A stretch of 48,405 bases of DNA. Origin: Pseudomonadota bacterium. Lineage in GTDB: Bacteria > Bdellovibrionota_B > Oligoflexia > Silvanigrellales > Silvanigrellaceae. A program made the position numbers and the translations under genes. Shown one piece after another: positions 8,839-16,932 of the stretch. The stretch's first letter is position 1; every line of letters starts with the position of its first letter. The notes beneath the pieces are model-generated. The model was given only the letters and a program-made list of their open reading frames with translations. It did not search any database and was not told where the DNA came from. The DNA is taken from positions 1-48,405 of the forward strand of contig JBDLRP010000025.1 in the NCBI GenBank assembly GCA_039799905.1, written 5' to 3'.

Positions 8839-10017
8839 TCACCGAATGTTCGGAACCATAACCGATAGCATTTCTGAAAGTCGATTTGGCGAAAGACCCA
8901 AACCCAATCGAAAGCCATGCGAAAAATCCCCGTCCGTCATATCAGTTTCCATGAAGGAAGAAAGAGGTAGGAGAAAAACTCCTTTTTGCCTCAATGTTTC
9001 AAAGATTTCAGTTGGTTCATGAGCTGTTTGCGAAAAAATACAGGATACAAGCCCTCCCTCAGGAGGCACACCAACCCAACCGTTGGACTCAGCCAACCAA
9101 TCTCTCAACTGCTTTCGATTGCTTTGCCATTCGTCGAACAAAGGTCTGAAAAAACTCTGCTTGCGCGAAAAGCTCTGCAGGAACCAGATCGCCAGCAGCT
9201 GCGAAAGTGGATTGACCGTATGGGTCAGATAATTTTTCTCGCTCTGCATTGAGGCAAGGGTTGTCTCATCGCCGACACACCAGCCAATACGCAAACCGGG
9301 AGTTCCGGCACATTTGATAAAACTCCCAGTCACATAGCGTCCACGGCCGCGATCCCAAATCGTTGGTCCGATTCGGGCCGGCAGGCTCGCGTCTGATTCT
9401 GGAACAGCCAGAAAGCGATAATGCTCATCACCAACCACAACACAGCCAATGCCGTCACAAGCAGTCAGCAGTGCTTCGCGCTCTGCGTCTGTGAAAGTGA
9501 GTCCGGAAGGGTTGTGCGGGTGGTTGAAAATGAAAACATCGGGCCGCTCGCGGGTGAGCGTTGCGATCCATTGCTGAAGCGGAACTTGTGGTTTTCCGCT
9601 CTGAATGTCCCAGTCAATAGGCAGGTAAAGAACGCCGGCCCCCAACGAACGCGGAATTTCACTCAACAATTGAAAAGCTGGTGTGATGAGCGCGACGCGT
9701 TTTGGCCGGAGCTGACGCAGCAAAAGAATCAGCGCCTCGCTTGTCCCCGTCGTGATGAGCACATTTTCAGGAGTAGCACCCGCGTGTAGTCGGGCCACTT
9801 GGGCACGCAACTCTTCCATGCCCATGTTGGGCGCATCACAGAGAAGTGTCTCATGGAGAGCGTCGCGCAAATCAAAACTGAAGTCCGGTTGCAGACCACT
9901 CAAGATGCTCTGCAGAGTCTGCGGCCGATGCCCCGATTCACCTGCATTGAACTCTGCAGTGAATCGGTGGCGTTCGAGCCAGTCTTCCATCAAAAATTCG
10001 GAGAGCGGAGCTTTCAC
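8839..10017 (-). CDS. PLP-dependent aminotransferase class I/II
   Basis: Motifs TTGTSEAL, NHPHNPSG, DEHY and GSFIKCAGTPGLRIGW (PLP Lys). GTG start overlaps the mqnC stop. Confidence 0.9.
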   Translation of the reverse strand: MKAPLSEFLMEDWLERHRFTAEFNAGESGHRPQTLQSILSGLQPDFSFDLRDALHETLLCDAPNMGMEELRAQVARLHAGATPENVLITTGTSEALILLLRQLRPKRVALITPAFQLLSEIPRSLGAGVLYLPIDWDIQSGKPQVPLQQWIATLTRERPDVFIFNHPHNPSGLTFTDAEREALLTACDGIGCVVVGDEHYRFLAVPESDASLPARIGPTIWDRGRGRYVTGSFIKCAGTPGLRIGWCVGDETTLASMQSEKNYLTHTVNPLSQLLAIWFLQSFSRKQSFFRPLFDEWQSNRKQLRDWLAESNGWVGVPPEGGLVSCIFSQTAHEPTEIFETLRQKGVFLLPLSSFMETDMTDGDFSHGFRLGLGLSPNRLSEMLSVMVPNIR

Positions 10018-11336
10018 TGAGCGGGAGTCTCGGGATACTCGGCAAGAATGTTATAGTACGTGTCGCGTTGAACTGGAGTGAAGCCCGAACGGCGGATGAG
10101 TTCAATCATGTTCTTGCGATCGAGCGTATAGGACGTACCCGCAGCGCTGACAACGTTTTCCTCAATCATGATTGAGCCCATGTCGTTAGCACCATAGTGC
10201 AGCGAGATTTGTCCAATCTTCGGCCCCATGGTCACCCAGCTGCCCTGAATATTTGGAATGTTGTCCATCATCAGACGGCTGACTGCGAGAACACGCAGAT
10301 ATTCAACTCCACCGGTTGGCTGCATATCGGGATTCTTTTTAGCCAGCTCGGTGTTTTCGCCTTGGAACGTCCACAGAATAAACGCGTAAAAGCCTTTTGT
10401 TTCATCCTGCGCATCGCGGATGCGTAAAATGTGCTCGATGATGTGTTTGCGCTCTTCAAGTGCGCCGAACATCATGGTCGCAGTGGTCGGCAGGTTTGCC
10501 TGATGAGCCTCCTGCATGACCTTGATCCAGCGGTGGCTGTGGCGCTTGACGGGACTCTGTTCCAGACGGATTTCATCGGACAGGATTTCAGCACCCGCAC
10601 CGGGGATCGAGTCGAGTCCGGCTGCTTTGAGTCGTTCGAGCGTTTCTGCAACAGTCAGGCGCGAGACCTGTGCGATGCCCTCGATTTCGATAACCGACAA
10701 CGCATGCAGATGGATCTTGTACCGTTCTTTAATGCTGCGGAAGAGATCCTCGTAATACTCAATTTTGAGGTGCGGATTCACTCCACCCTGCATGAGTGTA
10801 CCTGTGCCGCCGAGTTCGATGGTCTCTTCAATTTTCTTGAAGATGTCTTCCTTGGAAAGAACATAGGCATCCGACTCAGGGCCACGCCTGTAAAAGGCGC
10901 AGAAGTCGCAACCGATGCGACAGACGTTCGTGTAGTTGATGTTGCGATCGATCAGGAACGAAACCTTGCCCTGCGGGTGAAAACGTTCTTTGGCACGGGT
11001 TGCAAGCCAGCCAAGCACGTTGAGGTCGCCCGCATCGAGCAAACGCAGACCCTGCTCACCGCTCAGACGGCCGCCTGCAAAAGCAGTTTCATAGGCAGAC
11101 TTGAGCAGCGGGTCCTGAGTTTCAGCAATGCGCGCGGACATCAGTTCGTCGTGAACTTTTGTTTCGCGGGGGGAGGAGGCAATCATCTTTTGCCGCTCGC
11201 CATCGCGCGTATTGATTTCTTCAAGCGTCGGAGCTTCCTGAAAACCTGCAGCGGCAGGCAGTGTGTTCTGCGCGATGGATTGTTCAAATCCGCGCCAGAC
11301 AGGTTTATTTGAGCAGTTCAGGCTATAGGGATTCAT
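10014..11336 (-). CDS. mqnC: dehypoxanthine futalosine cyclase (radical SAM)
   Basis: IDRNINYTNVC..GCDFCAFYR, LMQGG, IPGAGAEIL, SWVTMGPKIGQ..LHYGANDMGSIMIEENVVSAAG. Confidence 0.92.
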   Translation of the reverse strand: MNPYSLNCSNKPVWRGFEQSIAQNTLPAAAGFQEAPTLEEINTRDGERQKMIASSPRETKVHDELMSARIAETQDPLLKSAYETAFAGGRLSGEQGLRLLDAGDLNVLGWLATRAKERFHPQGKVSFLIDRNINYTNVCRIGCDFCAFYRRGPESDAYVLSKEDIFKKIEETIELGGTGTLMQGGVNPHLKIEYYEDLFRSIKERYKIHLHALSVIEIEGIAQVSRLTVAETLERLKAAGLDSIPGAGAEILSDEIRLEQSPVKRHSHRWIKVMQEAHQANLPTTATMMFGALEERKHIIEHILRIRDAQDETKGFYAFILWTFQGENTELAKKNPDMQPTGGVEYLRVLAVSRLMMDNIPNIQGSWVTMGPKIGQISLHYGANDMGSIMIEENVVSAAGTSYTLDRKNMIELIRRSGFTPVQRDTYYNILAEYPETPAQ

Positions 11337-12520
11337 ACAAGTGAGTCCTCCGACGGATTGTCGTAGCGGCGGATGGGTTCATAAACAGTGGAGCGTTCCA
11401 CAGGAACACGATCCGCATCGCGGATCACGCGCAGCAGGTTGCTTTTGGCCATTGCCATGCCACCCTTGCTGCCTGCCATGTTGGCGATTTTTTCTTCGAC
11501 AACTGTGCCGTCCAAATCGTTTGCACCAAAATGCAGGGCCGTCTGCGCAACACGCTCGCCCGTCATGATCCAATAGCTCTTGATGTGGCGGAAGTTGTCG
11601 AGCAGAAGGCGCGCAACCGCGACAGTCTTGAGGTCATCTGCGCCGTAGGTGTGGCGGTTGATTCCCAATTCGTTGTTCTCTGGTTGATACGCAAGCGGAA
11701 TGAACACGTTGAATCCGGCAGTCTCATCCTGCAAGCCGCGCAGGCGCAGCATGTGATCCACTCTTGCAGGAACATCTTCGATGTGTCCGTATAGCATTGT
11801 GCAGTTTGAACGCAGGCCCATTTTGTGGGCGGTTCTGTGAATGTCGAGCCAGCCATCGCCGGTGAGCTTGGTGTCGCAAATCAACTCGCGCACATACGGC
11901 GTAAAGATTTCGGCGCCGCCGCCAGGGAAACTGCCCAAACCTGCGTCGCGCAATTCACCAATCACTTCGGCAACAGATTTGCGCTCTTTGCGTGCGAGCC
12001 AGTCGAGCTCGACAGCTGTAAACGCCTTGACGTGCACGTGAGGAGCTGCTTGTTTCACCGTACGGATGATGTTTGTGTAGTTGGACAACTTCCAACGCGG
12101 GTGCAAACCGCCGACCATGTGAATTTCGGTTGCGCCCGAATCGGCCGCCATTTTGGCGCGGTGAGCAATTTCGTCGTCTGAATAGGCGTACGCGCCTTCT
12201 TCATTCGGTTTGCGCGAAAATGCGCAGAACTTACACGACAGCGCGCAGATGTTTGTCGGGTTAATGTGACGGTTGACGTTGAAATAAACGTCACGGCCGT
12301 TTTTGCGAAGATTGATTTCGTTTGCAACAGAGCCCAGCTCGATGAGGTCGGGAGAGTGATAGAGGTTCACTCCATCCTCAAAGCTCAAACGCTCGCCGCG
12401 CAGCGCCTTGCGCAATGCGGATTGGACGGCCTGATAACTTACCTTAACCGTCGGAAGTGCATTGGCACCCTCGAGCAGCCGCGGGGGAAGATGCGACGAG
12501 GCGCAAGTCAGCGATTCCAT
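11333..12520 (-). CDS. mqnE: aminofutalosine synthase (radical SAM)
   Basis: YFNVNRHINPTNICALSCKFCAF, EIHMVGGLHP, KAFTAVE, FIPLAYQPEN, HIKSYWIM, GTVVEEKI. Confidence 0.92.
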   Translation of the reverse strand: MESLTCASSHLPPRLLEGANALPTVKVSYQAVQSALRKALRGERLSFEDGVNLYHSPDLIELGSVANEINLRKNGRDVYFNVNRHINPTNICALSCKFCAFSRKPNEEGAYAYSDDEIAHRAKMAADSGATEIHMVGGLHPRWKLSNYTNIIRTVKQAAPHVHVKAFTAVELDWLARKERKSVAEVIGELRDAGLGSFPGGGAEIFTPYVRELICDTKLTGDGWLDIHRTAHKMGLRSNCTMLYGHIEDVPARVDHMLRLRGLQDETAGFNVFIPLAYQPENNELGINRHTYGADDLKTVAVARLLLDNFRHIKSYWIMTGERVAQTALHFGANDLDGTVVEEKIANMAGSKGGMAMAKSNLLRVIRDADRVPVERSTVYEPIRRYDNPSEDSLV

Positions 12521-12618
12521 GGGAACCCTTTCTATGAAATTGGCAGCATGACTGATACCATCCTTTTGCCGAGCCTCAAATATCCTTGACGGTCGTCAAT
12601 GTTTCTCGACGATTGACC

Positions 12619-12646
12619 TCAGTAACCGACGAGGATAATCCGAAGA
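12619..12646 (+). promoter_or_regulatory. possible promoter for the tatA operon (sigma28-like; overlaps a sigma70-like TTGACC-N15-GATAAT)
   Basis: TCAG-N16-TCCGAAGA; assignment is ambiguous. Confidence 0.3.
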
Positions 12647-12690
12647 ACGCTCGGAGCGATTTGACTGCTTGCGACGATGGGAGGGCGGCT

Positions 12691-12999
12691 ATGCCTAATA
12701 TTGGTTTTCCCGAATTATTACTGGTCCTTGGAATTGCGCTGCTGCTGTTTGGCAACCGCCTCCCGACGGTCGGCAAATCCTTGGGTGAAGGAATCCGCAA
12801 CTTTAAAAAGGGGCTGAGCTCGGATGATTCCGAAGAAAAACAGGCCCAATCGGCTCCGCCTCAGCAGAATCAGGCAATGCCACCCCAACAGCAGGTCGCT
12901 GCACAAAACGTGCAGCACAGCAGCCTGCAAAGCCCTCAGGCAGGTCAACAAGGAAAAGTTGACTTTGTCGACGTAGAACATCGCGATTCAAACAAATGA
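12691..12999 (+). CDS. tatA: twin-arginine translocase TatA/TatE subunit
   Basis: MPNIGFPELLLVLGIALLLFGNRLPTVGKSLGEGIRNFKKGL; GGAGGG RBS before ATG 12691. Confidence 0.93.
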   Translation: MPNIGFPELLLVLGIALLLFGNRLPTVGKSLGEGIRNFKKGLSSDDSEEKQAQSAPPQQNQAMPPQQQVAAQNVQHSSLQSPQAGQQGKVDFVDVEHRDSNK

Positions 13000-14069
13000 C
13001 CCAGAGTGCCAATCTCACAGAGCGCGTGCCGCAGAGATTGGTCTTTGTTCTCGGCAAGGGTGGTGTGGGTAGAACAACCCTCGCAACGTCCTTTGCTCGC
13101 GCCTGCGCGCTTAAGGGTGAAAAGACCCTCATTGTGCAATGGGCACTGCAAGATTCTGTCTCGCTGCTCTTTGCAAAGCCAACCGCCGGTCACGACTCTG
13201 AAGCCATCGCAGAAAATTTGTGGACGATGAACTTCTCGCCCGATGAGGCCATCCGCGAGTATTTTATCGACCACCTGAAGATGCGTCTGGTCTATAATCT
13301 AGTCATCGAGAACAAGCATGTACAGCGCTTGATTCATGCGGCTCCCGGGGTGCAGGAACTGTTTTTTCTCGGTCGGCTCTTCTGGCTGATCTGCCTATCG
13401 GAAGAAATTCGCGGCACACGTTTTGACCGGGTCATCGTCGACGCACAGGCAACTGGTCACGGTGTGTCACTTTTTACTGTCGCGCCCACAATTGCCCAGT
13501 TTGGAATGACCGGACCTTTGGCGAGTGAATGCGACAGGGTTGCCAAGATGCTTGCTGATCCCAAGCTCGTCGGAAGTATGCTTGTCACACTTCCCGAAGA
13601 ACTTCCGGTGGAAGAAACGCTGGAATTTTTGCCCCGGCTCGCGCGCGATTTGGGGCGTCCGGCCGATGCATTATTTGTGAACCGTTCGCTTGCTCCTTAC
13701 ATGGAGAGCAATCCGGCCGCTTTGGATGAACAACACGTTTTAAACATTTGGCAGCGGCAGCTGAACTCCGAAAAAGCACTCAAAGCGCTGAGTCTGCTGC
13801 ACCGTGATTTGCGCAAGCGAAATCACTTTGAAACCCTTCTTCGCTCGTCGGTTGCGAAGCTCTTCCCGCAATTGCCTATCATCTCTGTTCCCGACATCGG
13901 ACTTGCGAATCCGGATGCTGCAGCTCCTGCCGTTCTGCAGGGTGTCACCGATTGGCTGACTGCGACTGCAACCCGCGCAGATACTCAACGAAATTCGCCT
14001 TCCCCCGCTGCGGCGCAGGGCCATGCTGCTCATTCTTTGGCCGATGAATTCAGTGAGGACCAGCGGTGA
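12996..14069 (+). CDS. ArsA/Get3-family ATPase subunit A (degenerate Walker A)
   Basis: Motifs GKGGVGRTT, APGVQEL, VIVDAQATGH, VTLPEELPVEET and FVNR. Start overlaps the tatA stop. Confidence 0.85.
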   Translation: MTQSANLTERVPQRLVFVLGKGGVGRTTLATSFARACALKGEKTLIVQWALQDSVSLLFAKPTAGHDSEAIAENLWTMNFSPDEAIREYFIDHLKMRLVYNLVIENKHVQRLIHAAPGVQELFFLGRLFWLICLSEEIRGTRFDRVIVDAQATGHGVSLFTVAPTIAQFGMTGPLASECDRVAKMLADPKLVGSMLVTLPEELPVEETLEFLPRLARDLGRPADALFVNRSLAPYMESNPAALDEQHVLNIWQRQLNSEKALKALSLLHRDLRKRNHFETLLRSSVAKLFPQLPIISVPDIGLANPDAAAPAVLQGVTDWLTATATRADTQRNSPSPAAAQGHAAHSLADEFSEDQR

Positions 14070-15193
14070 AGAAAAGCAAAGCAGATGCAACTGCAAAAAC
14101 AATTCATCCGCCGCGGCTGCACTTGTTTCTTGGTGCCGGTGGCGTTGGCAAAACGACGTTGTCGGCGGGTTTCGCCCTCGCTCTTGCGCAGCAAGGACGT
14201 CACGTCGGACTCATGTCAATCGATCCGGCAAAACGTCTGCAGGGCGCATTGGGCCTAAGCGAATTGCCAGAAACCGGCGCGCTCATTGAAATACCCAACT
14301 GCTCTGGCTCACTGCGTGCCAGTGTTTTGCACATCGGCGAAAGTCTTAAGCGCTGGGTGGGCGAGGCCGGTCTGTCGCAAAGCGCACAAGAACAGCTCTT
14401 TGCCAATCAACTTTTTCGCGCGCTCGCAGAACGGCTTGCCACGGCCACCGACACCTTTGCCGCTGTGCGCATGGCCGAATGGCCGGAGCGTGAAGCTGGG
14501 CTCACCGATCTGGTGGTCGATACCGCACCGGGGATTCACGCAATCGATTTTTTATCGAAACCCGAGAAACTCAGTGCCTTTCTCGATGGGAAGCTCATTG
14601 AATGGTTGAAGTGGTTTGCACAAGAAAACCAACAATCAACCGGACTGATCCAGCGCGTCGTCAAAGGTGGTGCCCGCAAGATTCTTGAGGGTTTGTCGGA
14701 GCTGGGTGGGCAGCGCTTTATGCTCCACTTTGCCGAATTCCTGATTCTTCTTGATGAAGTATTTGCACGGATGATGACACGTTTGGATTTTGCCGGCCGC
14801 TGGCTGCGCTCGGCAGAAACACACTGCTACATTGTCACTTCGGTCCGCTATGACGCCGTGCAGGTCGCCACAGAGCTCAGCCGTACACTCCGCTCGCTCA
14901 AAATGCGCTCGGGGCAGGTCATCATCAACCGCGCCTTTCCCGAGGAATTGCGTCTTGACGCCGGTTTTACGGAAACCCTCGGTCAGCTGCGTCAACAGGA
15001 TGCCTCGTTTTTTGCAAATTACCTCGAGAACTTTATGATTGTTCAGAGGCGTGTGCAGGAGCAACTGGGAAAAACGGCAGAATCGGTTTTAACACTACCC
15101 GTCGCCGAACATCTCGATGCCCACTCGGCACTGCGGCTCGATGACCTTGCATTTCTGGGTCGTAAAATCACGGAGCATGCGGGAGAAAGTTAG
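14066..15193 (+). CDS. ArsA/Get3-family ATPase subunit B
   Basis: Motifs GAGGVGKTT, SIDPAKRL..ALGL, VVDTAP..HAIDFL..P and IINR. GTG overlaps the upstream stop. Confidence 0.85.
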   Translation: MKKSKADATAKTIHPPRLHLFLGAGGVGKTTLSAGFALALAQQGRHVGLMSIDPAKRLQGALGLSELPETGALIEIPNCSGSLRASVLHIGESLKRWVGEAGLSQSAQEQLFANQLFRALAERLATATDTFAAVRMAEWPEREAGLTDLVVDTAPGIHAIDFLSKPEKLSAFLDGKLIEWLKWFAQENQQSTGLIQRVVKGGARKILEGLSELGGQRFMLHFAEFLILLDEVFARMMTRLDFAGRWLRSAETHCYIVTSVRYDAVQVATELSRTLRSLKMRSGQVIINRAFPEELRLDAGFTETLGQLRQQDASFFANYLENFMIVQRRVQEQLGKTAESVLTLPVAEHLDAHSALRLDDLAFLGRKITEHAGES

Positions 15194-15195
15194 TC

Positions 15196-15984
15196 ATGAT
15201 GGACATTGCCCTGCGCGGCCTTGAATCACTCGGTGGTGTGGTGCGCGGGCGGATCATCGGACTCGGGCGTTTTACGCTTCTTTTACGTGAAGTTTTCTTC
15301 TGGCTCGTGCGTCCGCCATTCCGCATTCAGCTGATCTTCCGCCAGTTTGAATTTGTTGGCAACAAATCCTTATCAATCGTGACTTTGTCATCATTGTTCA
15401 CCGGTGCCGTACTTGGCCTGCAAATTGGTAAAATCTTCGGAATCTTTCGTGCCGAAGGGTTGATGGGTGCGGCCACGGGAAAGGCATTGGCACTCGAACT
15501 CGCGCCGGTGATGTGCGGCTTCATCGTGACGGGCCGTGCCGGCGCGGCCATGGCTGCAGAAATTGCCACTATGCGCGTGAACGAACAGCTCGATGCCATG
15601 GAGGCAATGGGGGTTTCACCAGTCAGTTACCTTATTGTTCCGCGCGTCATTGCCAGCACACTGATGATGCCGCTTTTGTCGGTTATTTTTCTCGCCCTCG
15701 GAATCATCGGCTGCTATATTCTCGGCCTTGTCATGTTCCGCGTCGACACCTCTGTTTTCATCGCCCAGCTGCAGTGGCTGGTATGGGTTTCTGACATTCA
15801 AAAAGGACTCATAAAGGCTTTGGTTTTCGGATTCATCATTTCGACCATCGCTTGTTACAAAGGCTACTACGCGCGCGGCGGTGCCAAGGGGGTGGGTGAA
15901 GCCACAACTCAGGCGGTCGTCTCCAGCCTGCTGACAATTCTCATCGTCGACTTCTTTATTTCGCTCGTGCAAATGCGGGGCTGA
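15196..15984 (+). CDS. mlaE: MlaE-family ABC permease
   Basis: ELAPV..G...GRAGAAMAAEIATMRVNEQLDAMEAMG; GGAKGVGEATTQAVV. Confidence 0.95.
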   Translation: MMDIALRGLESLGGVVRGRIIGLGRFTLLLREVFFWLVRPPFRIQLIFRQFEFVGNKSLSIVTLSSLFTGAVLGLQIGKIFGIFRAEGLMGAATGKALALELAPVMCGFIVTGRAGAAMAAEIATMRVNEQLDAMEAMGVSPVSYLIVPRVIASTLMMPLLSVIFLALGIIGCYILGLVMFRVDTSVFIAQLQWLVWVSDIQKGLIKALVFGFIISTIACYKGYYARGGAKGVGEATTQAVVSSLLTILIVDFFISLVQMRG

Positions 15985-15987
15985 CGG

Positions 15988-16806
15988 ATGAGCAGCCTGC
16001 AACAAAAATCTGCTGGTGCTGGCAAATCGCGTTCTGCGGAAACATCGCCCATCGTGAGTTTTTCCGAAGTGCGCAAAACATTCGGCAACCAACACGTCTT
16101 GCGCGGCCTCACCTTTGAACTCAAACGCGGTGAGATCAGTTTCATCATCGGCCGCTCTGGCGAGGGAAAATCCGTTACGATAAAGCACATGATTGGTGTC
16201 TTGCATCCGGATTCCGGCGAAATTTCGGTGGATGGAAAAATCCTCACCCACGCGGCAGAAACCGAGTGGATTGCCGCCCGCAAGAAAATGGGCCTGCTTT
16301 TTCAAGACGGCGCATTGTTTGACAGCATGACAGTTGGCGAAAATGTTGCGTTTCCTCTCAAAGAATTTCAACATTTGACCCCAAAACAACTCACCGATCG
16401 GATCAATGAACTGCTCGAACTTGTCGGCCTGCCTGACTACGGCAGAACTCAGGTGCCCGACCTGAGCATCGGCGAACGCAAGAGGGTCGGCTTGGCCCGT
16501 GCCCTTGCGCTAAACCCGGCACTGTTACTTTACGATGAACCCACAACCGGCATGGACCCGCTGGTTTCCGAACTCATCGACACGCTCATTCTTGAGATGC
16601 AAAAGAAGATCGACGGACTTTCGAGCGTGGTCATCAGCCACGACATTCAGTCCGTCCTGCGGCTTGCGGACAGAATCTTTTTTCTCCACGAGGGTAAAAT
16701 GTATTTGTCCGGAACGCCGGACGATTTTCGCCGCAGCAGTGATCCTGTCATTCAACAATTTCTCGCCGGTTCGCTGAAGGGCCCGCTCGGCCAGCCGATT
16801 GCCTGA
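15988..16806 (+). CDS. mlaF: MlaF-family ABC ATPase
   Basis: GRSGEGKS, LFQDGALFDSMTVGENVAFPL, LLYDEPTTGMDP, SHD; sits between mlaE and mlaD. Confidence 0.93.
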   Translation: MSSLQQKSAGAGKSRSAETSPIVSFSEVRKTFGNQHVLRGLTFELKRGEISFIIGRSGEGKSVTIKHMIGVLHPDSGEISVDGKILTHAAETEWIAARKKMGLLFQDGALFDSMTVGENVAFPLKEFQHLTPKQLTDRINELLELVGLPDYGRTQVPDLSIGERKRVGLARALALNPALLLYDEPTTGMDPLVSELIDTLILEMQKKIDGLSSVVISHDIQSVLRLADRIFFLHEGKMYLSGTPDDFRRSSDPVIQQFLAGSLKGPLGQPIA

Positions 16807-16856
16807 ATAAATTTTGCAGCGCCGCCATTGTTGCTGTAAATCTTACCCAGCAGAAA

Positions 16857-16883
16857 TAAAGATGTTATTTAATTTGCCGATGA
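16857..16883 (+). promoter_or_regulatory. sigma28-like promoter internal to the mla locus, upstream of mlaD
   Basis: TAAA-N15-GCCGATGA, one mismatch to TAAA-N15-GCCGATAA. Confidence 0.65.
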
Positions 16884-16932
16884 TAAGATGAATTGAACCT
16901 ACTGTATTGCCCGCGGGCGATGAAAGAAGCGC

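Noticed and set aside
12996..15193. Arsenic-resistance ArsA
   Set aside because: Single-domain proteins with no arsB, acr3, arsC, arsD or arsR nearby, and embedded in an envelope operon.
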